Source of the DNA: Antedon mediterranea
Taxonomy: Eukaryota > Animalia > Echinodermata
Assembly: GCF_964355755.1 (NCBI RefSeq)
Contig: NC_092675.1
Coordinates: 21,734,912 to 21,798,911, forward strand
Direction: 5' to 3'
Length of the DNA stretch: 64,000 bases
Part shown: positions 49,774 to 60,838 of the stretch, piece by piece
How positions within the stretch are numbered: the first letter of the stretch is position 1
Layout of the letters: every line of letters begins with the position of its first letter
The notes under the pieces: model-generated
The model's database searches: none
What the model was told of the DNA's origin: nothing
The model's input: only the letters and a program-made list of their open reading frames with translations
Position numbers and translations under genes: made by a program

Positions 49774-52196
49774 TGTCACGAACTCCTCTCACGTATGTTT
49801 CCGAGCGGTTGAAAATACTTTAGGAACTCCCTTGTGACATAAAAGTATACACACAAAATCCACAAAGTTGTAAAATAACTCAAAAACAAAGCTTTAATTT
49901 CAATCAACTTCAACTTTTAACAATCTAGTAAGCACTTTAAACAACAGCTTCACAATGACTTTACAATCATAACATCCAACCTCTAATCCAACCACCTTAC
50001 AATAGTTTACATCCCTTTATATACAAGATGCTCCTATCCTTCTAGATCATTCTTTATACTTCTCATTATTACATGATTACAGTTTCTATTAATAGCACTT
50101 CTGGAATGTTTTTGATTGTTCTTATTAATTATACATGGTTTCTTAAATCAAAACATCTTATTCTAGAATGTTCATGTAAATACTATGTTACTCTATATGT
50201 TAGGGAATGGTAATTTATTACACTCCCCCCTCTTTCTGAGCTCAAAACTCTTTCTTGGAGTTTTGAGGGGCAAGTATACACGGACGTGGCAAAATTTAAT
50301 CCACTCCTAGTCTATAAAACTTAAATACGCCATAATAACATACAACATAATTATTAATGAAAACTAATAATGAACCAACAATATTCATGTCAATTTGTCG
50401 GAATGGTTCACTAATTATTGGCATAGGAATCATCTGGGCCTTCAATTTAGTTTTATACTTTGAAGTTTTCTGACAAATCTCACAAGTGTTGCAATATTCA
50501 GTCACATCTTTTCTAATACCAGGCCAAAAGAATCTTTGCTTTATCCTATCTAATGTCTTTTTCCTACCTAAATGACCTGCCAAAGGAATATCATGTGAGA
50601 TTTTCAATACACTACGGCAAGGGTATGGAACTACTAATTGCTCTATTGGTTCTGTCTGGTGTTTAGTGAAAACTTGCCTAAATAAAATTCCATCCTTACA
50701 GACTATCTTTATAGTGTCATCATCTTTCTGTACTAACATCTGTTCTCGAAGTGGAATTAAAGTTCTATCCTTAACCTGATAATCCTTAATTTTATCTCTG
50801 CCAATATCTAAAATGTCTAATTCACTATCTTGGCTAGATTGAGCTTCCTTTGTTTTTGCAAACTCTTTCCTAACTTTTCGTTTCTCACTTCTGGTTTTAT
50901 GAACTTTTTCCTTGGGAGGGTTGTCACTGAGTATTTGGTCATCTAAATGTCCAAATTCTTCTTGGAAATTAACCACATCATCTAACTGACGTGAAATAAC
51001 CCCAGAAGCTTTTTCCGAATTTAATTCGTTTTCCTCTTTTAGTTTTTCTTTTCTAGCATGATCTCTAGTGTCCACTTCAGGAGTGCCTTTCACTGTTTTC
51101 TCCTGGTTGTTTCGATTTTCGTGTTTTCTATTTTGAAACTTTTTCTCAAAAAAATATTCTATCATCTGCTTCATCATAAGATTCTGCTGTTGCAGTTGTT
51201 GCTGCCTCAACAACAAAAAATCTTTTAAAAATGATTCAGCCCCTGTAGGGTTATGTCCACTGGTTGGTCCAGACTCTTGTGTCTGTTGTTCAGGTTGTAA
51301 TGACTGAACCGACTCTACATCAGAATCAGGTCCATCGCCGCCGTTGTATTCTCTACCGGATCTAGTTGTTGATTGTTTATCAGCCATATTTTAAATCTGG
51401 ATGAGGGTCTTGTTACTAGTTAATCGTAGTTACCGAGACGTTCACAAGTCTACTGTTCCAAATAAATGTACTGTTCTTAAAACAATGTTTGTGTACTTAC
51501 GATTAAACAAAACGTAGCACCACGGCTTCCGTAAAATATCTCAGTATCGTAAGTACCGCTTCCTCAAAATATCAATAAAAGTACAGTTGATCCTAAACAG
51601 CCACCAATCTATGGCAAAATACAGTAGATCAAACTGCTACCACAAAATATCACAACAGTACTGTAGATAAATACACAGTTAAGTCGAACAGTAGATCGAA
51701 ATAACCGCTGCCACCAAATTAGGCTGAACACCGCTGCCACCAAATTATGTCACGAACTCCTCTCACGTATGTTTCCGAGCGGTTGAAAATACTTTAGGAA
51801 CTCCCTTGTGACATAAAAGTATACACACAAAATCCACAAAGTTGTAAAATAACTCAAAAACAAAGCTTTAATTTCAATCAACTTCAACTTTTAACAATCC
51901 AGTAAGCACTTTAAACAACAGCTTCACAATGACTTTACAATCATAACATCCAACCTCTAATCCAACCACCTTACAATAGTTTACATCCCTTTATATACAA
52001 GATGCTCCTATCCTTCTAGATCATTCTTTATACTTCTCATTATTACATGATTACAGTTTCTATTAATAGCACTTCTGGAATGTTCTTGATTGTTCTTATT
52101 AATTATACATGGTTTCTTAAATCAAAACATCTTATTCTAGAATGTTCATGTAAATACTATGTTACTCTATATGTTAGGGAATGGTAATTTATTACA
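49774..52196 (-). mobile_element. Young non-autonomous Gypsy LTR retrotransposon (LTRs 49774-50222 and 51748-52196)
   Basis: 449-bp near-identical LTRs with TG...CA; 4-bp TSD TCAT; PPT at 50223-50236; PBS at 51729-51742 complementary to the tRNA-Leu 3' end. Confidence 0.95.
50296..51387 (-). CDS. 363-aa retrotransposon ORF: Gag-like N-terminus fused to integrase zinc-binding (H2C2) domain; no PR, RT, RNase H or DDE core
   Basis: HDIPLAGHLGRKKTLDRIKQRFFWPGIRKDVTEYCNTCEICQK...PMPIISEPF, then homology is lost. Confidence 0.75.
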   Translation of the reverse strand: MADKQSTTRSGREYNGGDGPDSDVESVQSLQPEQQTQESGPTSGHNPTGAESFLKDFLLLRQQQLQQQNLMMKQMIEYFFEKKFQNRKHENRNNQEKTVKGTPEVDTRDHARKEKLKEENELNSEKASGVISRQLDDVVNFQEEFGHLDDQILSDNPPKEKVHKTRSEKRKVRKEFAKTKEAQSSQDSELDILDIGRDKIKDYQVKDRTLIPLREQMLVQKDDDTIKIVCKDGILFRQVFTKHQTEPIEQLVVPYPCRSVLKISHDIPLAGHLGRKKTLDRIKQRFFWPGIRKDVTEYCNTCEICQKTSKYKTKLKAQMIPMPIISEPFRQIDMNIVGSLLVFINNYVVCYYGVFKFYRLGVD

Positions 52197-53836
52197 TCAT
52201 AAAAATGTAATAAAAGACCAAATTGTGCGTCAATAATGTGTTATAATACATATACATAATACATTGTTGTAATTGGTCAATTTTGAACTTTGACCGATAT
52301 ATCTCGAAAACGCTTCTTATCCTGATCGATTACCTTCCAGATTCGTGATCTATTTCTAATTCTGGTCTAGAAAAGGTGGATGGCAATTTGTCCCCTTTCG
52401 AGTCCCTCCTGCCACCAGACTATAGAGCGTAAACAACAAATAAACGTCTTCCCTGAATAAATGCCCCCTCAAATAAACGCAAAAGTTGAAATATCACCAC
52501 TTTAATTCGCGAAATGTAAATTTGATAACATTAGTTTTCACTATTACGATATTGTTCCATATTGCTATCTTAGGATAATATTATAAAGAGTTTTAAAACA
52601 AAATTTCTGATTTCATCGGTAAATTTTCAACTCAATTTCAATTGTACGCGGTCAAGTAATTTCCGGGGTCACGATGAGTTCACGGGTTTACCTTGCAACT
52701 ACCTGGTTTCAACTAAGTTGGCCGTTAGTGGCTATAGCCATTTTAGTTTTCTGTTTATTTTTGGATCAGACCGCGCGTGTGAAGGTACAGTAGTTAAAAA
52801 AAAAATTATACTGCAAATTAATAAAGATCAAACTAAATATACGCCATAAAGCATCGGAATGTGTTGTGGGGAATAGTATTATAACATTACATAAGGAGAT
52901 CTGATGATAAGACATTTTGTTTAAAATCGAGTGAAACCCCGATAGCCGAGTTTTATTGAGTAAGCTGGCAGGAATAACTGTAGACTATCGTGTCCCGTTA
53001 GGACCGGGATATCTGCCCATGTTGCAAGCCGTCTACAACGTCTTCCTTCTTGGACCGAAACGGCCCACTCTGTCACGGAAGTTAGTTTCAAAAGATGTTT
53101 ACATTAAATAATTTATTAATTATTAGGATGTAATTTATTTGAATAAACGCCTCCCTAATAAAACATCACTTTGAATTATAATTAGACTTATAATAACATA
53201 ATTATACTATTTGTAGTAGAATTCAATTTACCAAGCATTTGTTATTCTTTTTTACCACTTTTCATATCTATTAGAGGATTCTATTTGATTATAAATGTTG
53301 CCATATTATTAAAAGTAAAAAATTAAACATATCCTTCGAATAACCACCTCCCTCAAATGACCTCCGCCTCCCCACCTCCGCCCTACCAAACAATAAACAC
53401 TATACTTTAAAATGTTACTAATCATCTAAGACACTGTGAAACAGAGTAGGTTTAGTTTTACGAATGTCAAGCATTTTCAATAATGGTAACCGACAGAAAA
53501 CGTACAAGGAGAACGTCCTTCTAAAACCTTTTTACCCGAGTCATTATCATTCCGAGAACCATCGTCTACACTTCCTAGAGGGGGAGCGAGCTCACCCTTT
53601 AGTGTATGAAAGTATGAAAATGAAGAAAAAAACCAGTGAATCAACAAATAGTAAAGCGGTAGGCCTACAGACAATTGATGCATTATGTATTTTTGCCGGG
53701 TTTGGAATTCCATAATTGACGAAATGTGAAATACTCTGCCACGTAGACAAAGTTGTTTATAAAATATTAATATTTGATAATAAATCACTAAACTCATGGG
53801 ATTTTTTTTTTTTAGTTTCTCAGTGCAGTTCTAAAC

Positions 53837-54756
53837 ATGGCGGCTGTTGTGAATGATGCCGTTTACTATTTAGAAGGATTAAGTTTTTCCATTGAAAATG
53901 GGAAGGTACAAGATTATGGAAGAATTGGCGAAATCTGTGTTTGTGACGTCAGTGATCGAAAAGATGGATACTAAAGATACCAACATACGAAGTTTGGGAA
54001 TCGAAAGCTCTAAAGGTATAAAGTACTGTAGATTCAAATAGCAAGCGAATTCATAGGGAATTCCTACGTTTTTGATGTTTAGTTATTTTTATATAAGAAA
54101 TAAAAGCATCGACTTTATCACATTTCATTTAGGTGACATTGAAAGTATCGTTACTAAACAATTGTCTGATCACTTTGGAAAACTTGAAAACACGGTTATT
54201 GAACCAGCTGATGAAGCTATTGAGGAATACAAAAGACTTACCACAAATAACGACTGGAGCAACGTAGACTATTCTTGGTTTAATGGGACATTTCAGCAGT
54301 TTAACTATGTATAATATGTTAGAAAATGGCGGGATTTTGATGATTATGGTTACTTCTGGTAAGTTGCGATATTGATATTTGCTTTATTTGTTTTATTAAA
54401 TTTCTCAAAACGTTTAGTAAGAAACTTTTTGTGTATACTTAAAATGCTTTACTTCTTCCTACAGATGAAAATTCCTATTATAGAATAGGAAAACGTTTTG
54501 AGGACATTATACCATTAACAACCGTTAATTGCAGTGACGTCCTGGCCGTAGGCTATGTGAAGACAGTCAATTTCAATTTGAACGTTACCACCACGAATGT
54601 ACTACTACTGACATAACAGAATTCATTTCATCTGATGATCACCCACGAGAAGTAATTGATTATATTCAAAGTTCTGACTTTTCATCAGAATCATACGACG
54701 GAAAAATATTGCTGAGGAACGATTTTGATTTTGTATTGATACAAAAGAAATGTTAA
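53837..54756 (+). pseudogene. HNMT-like copy 5 (exons 53837-54015, 54133-54358, 54465-54756)
   Basis: -2 frameshift in exon 1, G to E change in the GIGS motif, 98-bp deletion in exon 2, insertion and deletion in exon 3. Confidence 0.9.
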
Positions 54757-54830
54757 ACCAGTTATTAATAATTCTGGATTTAAAATCAATGATAGCAATT
54801 GATAAGAAACAATAATTACAGAATATAGTA

Positions 54831-55535
54831 TTGGTGGCGTACTAGTCAATCCATCATCAGAAGTTCGTAACCTTGGAGTACAACTTGATTGTAAATTAAA
54901 ATGACCATGGAATCACATATCAACAAAATCTGCCGATCTGCTATTTTCCATTTATGTAACATCTCCAAGATCAGACGTTACTTGAACCATTGTGCAACAC
55001 AGCAGATTGTACATGCTTTTGTTACCAGTCGGCTTGATATGGAAAATTCCCTGCTGTATGGTCTGCCAAAGAAGCAGTTGCGGACTCTCCAGAAGGTGCA
55101 AAATTGGGCAGCTCGCTTGGTGATGTGTGCCAAGAAGTATGATCACGTCACACCATTGTTCAAAGAGTTAAATTGGCTACCTATGGAGTCACATGTTAAA
55201 TTTAAGATCCTGCTGCTGGTGTTCCGATGCCTAAATAGTTGCGCTCCAAAATATCTCTCAGAATTGTTGACAGTCAAGAAGGGAAAGCGAGAACTAAGAT
55301 CTAGTCATCAGGTGCTACTGGACATTCCAAGGAGCAAACATAGTTGGGGAGATCGGACTTTCAGTGTTGCTGGACCTAGGCTCTGGAACCACCTACCCTT
55401 GAACATTAAACACACATCATTATTGAGTCACTTTAAGTCACTACTCAAAACTCACCTTTTCTGATTTTTTACAGCGCCATGAGCAATGAATGTTGGAATG
55501 GCGCTATATAAATCGAACGATTGATTGATTGATTG
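54831..55535 (+). mobile_element. L2-clade LINE 3' fragment
   Basis: VHAFVTSRLD.ENSLL.GLP, HVTP.FKELNWLP, GDRTFSVAGPRLWN.LP; (GATT)n tail; TSD ATAGTA; absent at the paralogous site near 18895. Confidence 0.92.
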
Positions 55536-56266
55536 ATAGTAATAATGCATGATAAAGTATGAGAATTGATATTTTGTTTTATGTAACATATAAATAAATT
55601 CCTTTCATTTGATTGGACGAGTGTGTGTCGCATGACGTGAAAAAAATATTTCAGCCGCCTAGATGAGTTCCAGTTGCCTTTCGAAGTTTGCCTTTCTAGC
55701 CTAGTACGCCGTCCGTGGAGGCCTGTTAGCATTGGCCTAGGCGCTTAGGCCTAGCTAGGCCATAGCATTTCGGCCGTTTGTTGACATAATTAACACTATA
55801 ACAGTAGATATGTTTATAAAATACAAATAAATAAAATAATAATTATATTGCAAATAAATAAAATAATAATATAATAACAAAAAAACAACTAAATGTTTCT
55901 GTTTCAATGTGAGTCAAATGTAGCCCTACACGTTTTTAGATAAAACATGACACTGGAATCAATTATAATAATTTTTATGTGTGTATATGGTACAAATAAT
56001 TGCATTCGGTGAATGACGAAAGGTTATATTTCATGTCATCATTCACCTCGTGCCATTATTTGTACCATATACACACATAAACATTCATTATTTGTATAAC
56101 ATGCCCCATGGTTAAACGTGTTATATTCAAATTTAGGAATTAGTGGCACTAGGCTTTTTGTACCTCTGATCACTGAAGTTCGTGCGTACGTGTGGTTTAT
56201 GAAAGGAGGCGTCGTCACAATCCAACATCAGCTTTTAAATAATGTTTGGGTAGTACAGTGCTTAAT

Positions 56267-56425
56267 ATGGCGACTTTGGTAGATGATAAAGTTTCCTATG
56301 GACATAAGTTACATTCATTGAAGTGGGAAAGTATAAGATTATGCAATAATTAGTAACAACATGTGCGACATCAGTGATCGAAAGAATAAATACTAAAGAT
56401 AAGAAGTTACAGAGTTGGGAAATTA
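56267..56425 (+). pseudogene. Decayed orphan HNMT-like exon 1 (duplicate of 19660-19818)
   Basis: Near-identical to 19660-19818, including its lesions. Confidence 0.8.
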
Positions 56426-57624
56426 TAAACCATATGTTTAATATCGTACCAATAGAAGTAAACGGGCAACCCATCACATCCAGTAGCTTTATTACATTTT
56501 TTAATTAGTTAATAGCATTTCATATTGTTGTCGTACGGGAATAATTTATAGAATTCTACTGGCAACCCACACCCAGAAGCTGTGCTTAATTGTGTAAACC
56601 GTGAGGTTCACATCCAGCCCTTAATAAATGAGCGGGGTAAGAATATCAGTGCTGTAGGAGAATATACACAAAGAAAAGTTTGCGCATGCACAATGCTACA
56701 TAGCGGTATGCTATAAATATAAACGTTTGCTAAATCTGATTGTGTTTAGTACTCACCATTCAAATGTTTAGTAACATACACCAATGGGTAACAAAATAGT
56801 CCGTATACGCATTGATAGCCTTGTTTTACTCCAAAACACTTCCCAAATTCAATATAAATGAGTTAATGTCGGGAGTGAAGAGGATGTATAAAAGGTACTT
56901 TTTAGAGGGAATCGCAACAATAAAGTGACTATAAACATCATATTATGGTTTATGCATTTTCATGTCAACATTGTCAAAATGATCATAATTTCAAATCACA
57001 GGAGAAAAATGAAAAACATAAAAGAACTGTTAAATCTTAAATAGTTTCTACTTCGATCAGATCAATTTTATTTATTTATTCTGTCTTTATACTGAATTAC
57101 ACTTTCAGTGCTAAAGCATTGATTTCCAAAGTGGTTCAGTAGAGAATGCCAACACTATAATACAAATAGTTCAAAGACAACTAACATAGTAATTTTGAAA
57201 ATTATATACAGTAGGCCTATACCTATTTAAACTATATTTGTAAATAATCTTTTTTATTTATTTATTTTATTATTTTATTCGGGTATAAAACTTACAAGTA
57301 GCCGCAAGGCTAAAAACGTTGCATTTACAAAATTACTGTACAATTTACATAACAATAAAAACGAATAATAAAAAGGAATAATAAAAGATACAAGAATATC
57401 GCTCTGTCGCTTTGGCTCTATGAACTATTGTTTAATCGGACGCATGACCTCTTAGTACTAAAATACTATTAAATAGCACTAAAAACAATTCAACGTATGG
57501 TGTACATAGCCTAGAATTCGACGACTTTGTATGAATTCGTCGCACATTAAATTCTGATATCGCATCTTGTCAAGCGTACTCCACGTCCTGTTGTTAGACT
57601 GCCTTGGTTTAACAAGATCTAAAT

Positions 57625-58895
57625 ATGGCGACTTTGGTAGATGATAAAGTTTACTATATGGAAGGATTTAAGTTGCGTTCATTGAAATGGGAAGATACAA
57701 AGTTATGGAAGAATTGGCGAAATCTGTGTTTGTGACATCAGTGATCGAAAAGATGGATACTAAAGATACGAATATACGAAGTTTGGGAATCGGAAGTGAT
57801 AATGGTAGGTAGATTCAAATAGCAGATGAATTCATTGGCACATGATTACAAATGTGAATTAAATTTCTACAATTGTTAAAATTATTTTCTTTTTAGTTTT
57901 GGAATTTATAAATAAAACTGTGTGTCGTCATCAATTTAATAACTTGTAGACCTATACTAAGTAGGATGATAACTAAGTGGTACCAGCGAAACATGTGTGC
58001 AATCTCGATGTGTTTATCACATATTTCGATTATATTTCTATTACTGAACAAATTAAAGAAATAAAAGCATCATCTTTATCGTATTTTATTTAGGAGAAAT
58101 TGAAAGTATATTTACCAAACAACTGTCTGATCATTTTGGAAAACTTGAAAACACGGTTATTGAACCAGCTGAGGAAGCCATTGAGGAATACAAAAGACTT
58201 ACTGCAAAGAACAACTGGAGCAACGTAGAATATTCTTGGTTTAATGGTACATTTCAGCAGTTTAAGGAAAATCTTGAAAAAGAAGGAAATGCTACAAAAT
58301 ATCACCATATCAACTCTTTAGACTCTATCTATCATCTTGAAAATCCAGCAGACGATATTATATTTATGTACAATATGTTAGAAAATGGAGGAATGTTGAT
58401 GATCCTGGTTGGTTCTGGTAAGTTGCAATATCGTTAGTAGCTCAATATATTTGTTGAGGAATCAAACCATGGACCTAGATCCATGATCAAACTATGGACA
58501 AACGTATGAGGAAGGGTTCATGCTAACCTAAAGCTCTTCTTTTTTTCCACATAACAGATGAAAATTCCTATTCTAAAATAGTAAAACGTTTTCCGGACAT
58601 TGGTCCATTACAAACCATTAATTGCAGTGACGTCCTGACCGTATGTCAAGAAAGTCAATTTCAATTTCAACGTTACCACCACGAATGTACTACTGACATA
58701 ACAGACTTCATTTCATCTGATGATCACCCACGAGAAAAAAAAGTTACGATAGATTATTTAACGCAAACTGTAGATTTCAAGGAAAGTGTCTCGGAGAGTT
58801 TGTATAACAAAGTAATTGATTATATTAAAAGTTCCGACGGACAAATATTGCTGAGGAATGATTTTGATGTTATATTTATTCAAAAGAAATGTTAA
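57625..58895 (+). pseudogene. HNMT-like copy 6 (exons 57625-57804, 58094-58417, 58558-58895); single -1 frameshift
   Basis: TTGAAATGG versus TTGAAAATGG near 57685; exons 2 and 3 are open; could be a homopolymer sequencing error. Confidence 0.7.
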
Positions 58896-59438
58896 ACCAA
58901 TATCCTGAATCTATGATCGCGTTGTTGTCAAATAGATTTAAAATATATGTCTATAACATTGTATACAATATGCAAATAAAATATATACAATAAGGTACAC
59001 TATCTACACAACTTTAGAAATGCCGTAAGATTTTGTCCCATTTTAACTAATCTATATTATTGGTAAATAAATTAATCCAACCAACGTGCTGGTACTGCTT
59101 TGTAATAAATTGTTTAATAATTAATTTTATTAATAATCTAATACATCTGTACATATGGCTGTGTACGTTATACCAAATGGATGAGCCTTTTGTGTACCAT
59201 CATCGTCGTTCAATTTCATCAGTCCACATATTTTTAGAAAATCTACTGGTAACCATTTTTGTTATGGTAGTGACGGACTGACAAACGGATGTATATAAGA
59301 AAATTAAATATATGAGTTTATATATATAAACAAATCAGGCAAAGAACATTAATTCTAAACCACCCGGTGATATACTGAAATTTAATTAATTAATTTGAAA
59401 CGATAAAGATGAGGAAATCTGTGAGAATGAGAAAAAGT

Positions 59439-59507
59439 CGCCCCAACCGAGACTCGAACTCGGACCGCCTGCTTGATATGCAGATGTCCTAATTAGACCA
59501 CTGGGGC
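59439..59507 (-). tRNA. tRNA-like (anticodon position ATC), left arm; 3-nt D-loop deletion
   Basis: GCCCCAG...TCTGC ATATCAA GCAGG...CCGAG TTCGAGT CTCGG TTGGGGCG, then ACTTTTT. Confidence 0.55.
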
Positions 59508-59575
59508 TTTCATGGTATTGTTCGAACTCGATTGGATAGCGACTCTTTAATATTCTCGGCGTGGTACGGTGGAAC

Positions 59576-59947
59576 GCGTGTTTTTTTTTTTTTTTTCAGG
59601 ACGAACGTGGGCAGAAATCATGAATAATTCATTACCTTAATTATTTTCTATTATAAAGAATTGCAAGATAGCTGATCTACTCCCTAAATGTACTAAACCT
59701 AACCCTCTAAATAATCTCTCTCAACTATTAAAAAAAACATGTTCATGAAAGACCTCGAACCGAGAGCTCCAGTGTAATAGGTTAAAGCCTTTACATTTCG
59801 GTTGGCAAACGCTGTTTACACTAATTATTTAATCTCTCTGCATGCTTATATAGGACCCTCTATAATGTTCCCTATTATGTCATAATTAATCATGAATTAT
59901 TCATGATTTCTGCCCACGTTCGTCCTGGAAAAAAAATATTACGCCGG
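59576..59947. mobile_element. MITE nested in the foldback arm, MULE-like
   Basis: About 40-bp inverted repeat CAGGACGAACGTGGGCAGAAATCATGAATAATTCAT; 9-bp near-TSD CGGTGGAAC / CGGCGGAAC. Confidence 0.72.
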
Positions 59948-60214
59948 CGGCGGAACAGCACTAGTCAGTCCTCAGTTGTACGCACGCGCACCAGAGATCA
60001 AATTGATACGCCCTCATCTTACAGTATTTTTATTCACGAGCAAAGATCTTATATACTATAGTATTGTTCACGAGGTGGGATCTCCGAAGATGAGGGCGTA
60101 TCAATTTGATCTCTGTTGCGCGTGCGTACAACTGAGGACTAGTGCTGTTCCACCGTACCACGCCGAGAATGTTAAAGAGTCGCTATCCAATCGAGTTTGA
60201 AGAATACCATGAAA

Positions 60215-60286
60215 GCCCCAGTGGTCTAATGGTTAGGGCAACTGCATATCAAGCAGACGGTCCGAGTTAGAGTCTCGGTTGGGGAC
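60215..60286 (+). tRNA. tRNA-like (anticodon position ATC), right arm; B box mutated
   Basis: Same cloverleaf as 22897-22968, with GTTAGAG for GTTCGAG. Confidence 0.5.
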
Positions 60287-60370
60287 ACAGATTCTCACAG
60301 ATTTCCTCATCTTTTTCGTTTCAAATGAGTTTATATATATATATGTAATTTGCCTGCTATTTTATATATA

Positions 60371-60535
60371 TGGGCTAGTGTTGCTCTGCTCTGATCTGCT
60401 AACTTTTCTGACTGTTTTACTTTTCCGTTTTGATTTAGCTTTCGCTTTTTTTTTTTTTTTTGTATCTCCATTGAGATCCAGCCACTGATACCCACAGCAT
60501 TGTCATTTTTTTCAGTAATTTGCCTTTGGATTTAT
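60371..60535 (+). mobile_element. Penelope terminal fragment matching 5364-5508
   Basis: Shared GTATCTCCATTGAGATCCAGCCACTGATACCCACAGCA; lies between (TA)n runs; absent from the paralog near 23010. Confidence 0.8.
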
Positions 60536-60838
60536 ATATATATATGAATATAATATATGAAAATATTTGTATTAAGTCCGTAGAATGTGTACGGTACTGC
60601 TTTACGAATTGTTATTGTGATTCGTTAACTTTTGTATATATGTATTGTAACTATAATTTTTAAAATATGTTGTGGTCGAACCTCTTGTTGCGAGAGTTCT
60701 CTCAGTTTTAAAGGAGAGCAACCAATAAATATCATTATTCTAGAATTGGTAATTACTAGAAACCTGCGATAAAATATTATGAAAGTTTATTTCTGTACCT
60801 GTATTTTAATTTGGTTGTAGTTGATTTCTTTTAGTTGT

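Larger units (their letters stand above)
46338..52422 (+). mobile_element. Decayed DNA transposon with long imperfect TIRs, probably Academ-derived
   Basis: Ends TAGTCTGGTGGCAGGAGGG / CCCTCCTGCCACCAGACTA; inverted similarity extends about 400 bp; relic MLGMIVFTEITNVSSFFRKR at 47944-48003. Confidence 0.65.
59393..60326. mobile_element. Foldback (palindromic) element with a tRNA-like cassette in each arm
   Basis: 59393-60020 (excluding a nested MITE) is the reverse complement of 60088-60326. Confidence 0.78.

Noticed and set aside
12234-58308. Recurring minus-strand MVIF... ORFs (12234, 21416, 45001, 58090)
   Set aside because: Antisense shadows of HNMT-like exon 2; they recur only because the exon is duplicated
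17070-59281. Paired short ORFs (17070/44107, 18888/55469, 19655/56262, 22397/59060)
   Set aside because: Similarity reflects recent duplication of non-coding DNA; no splice or domain support
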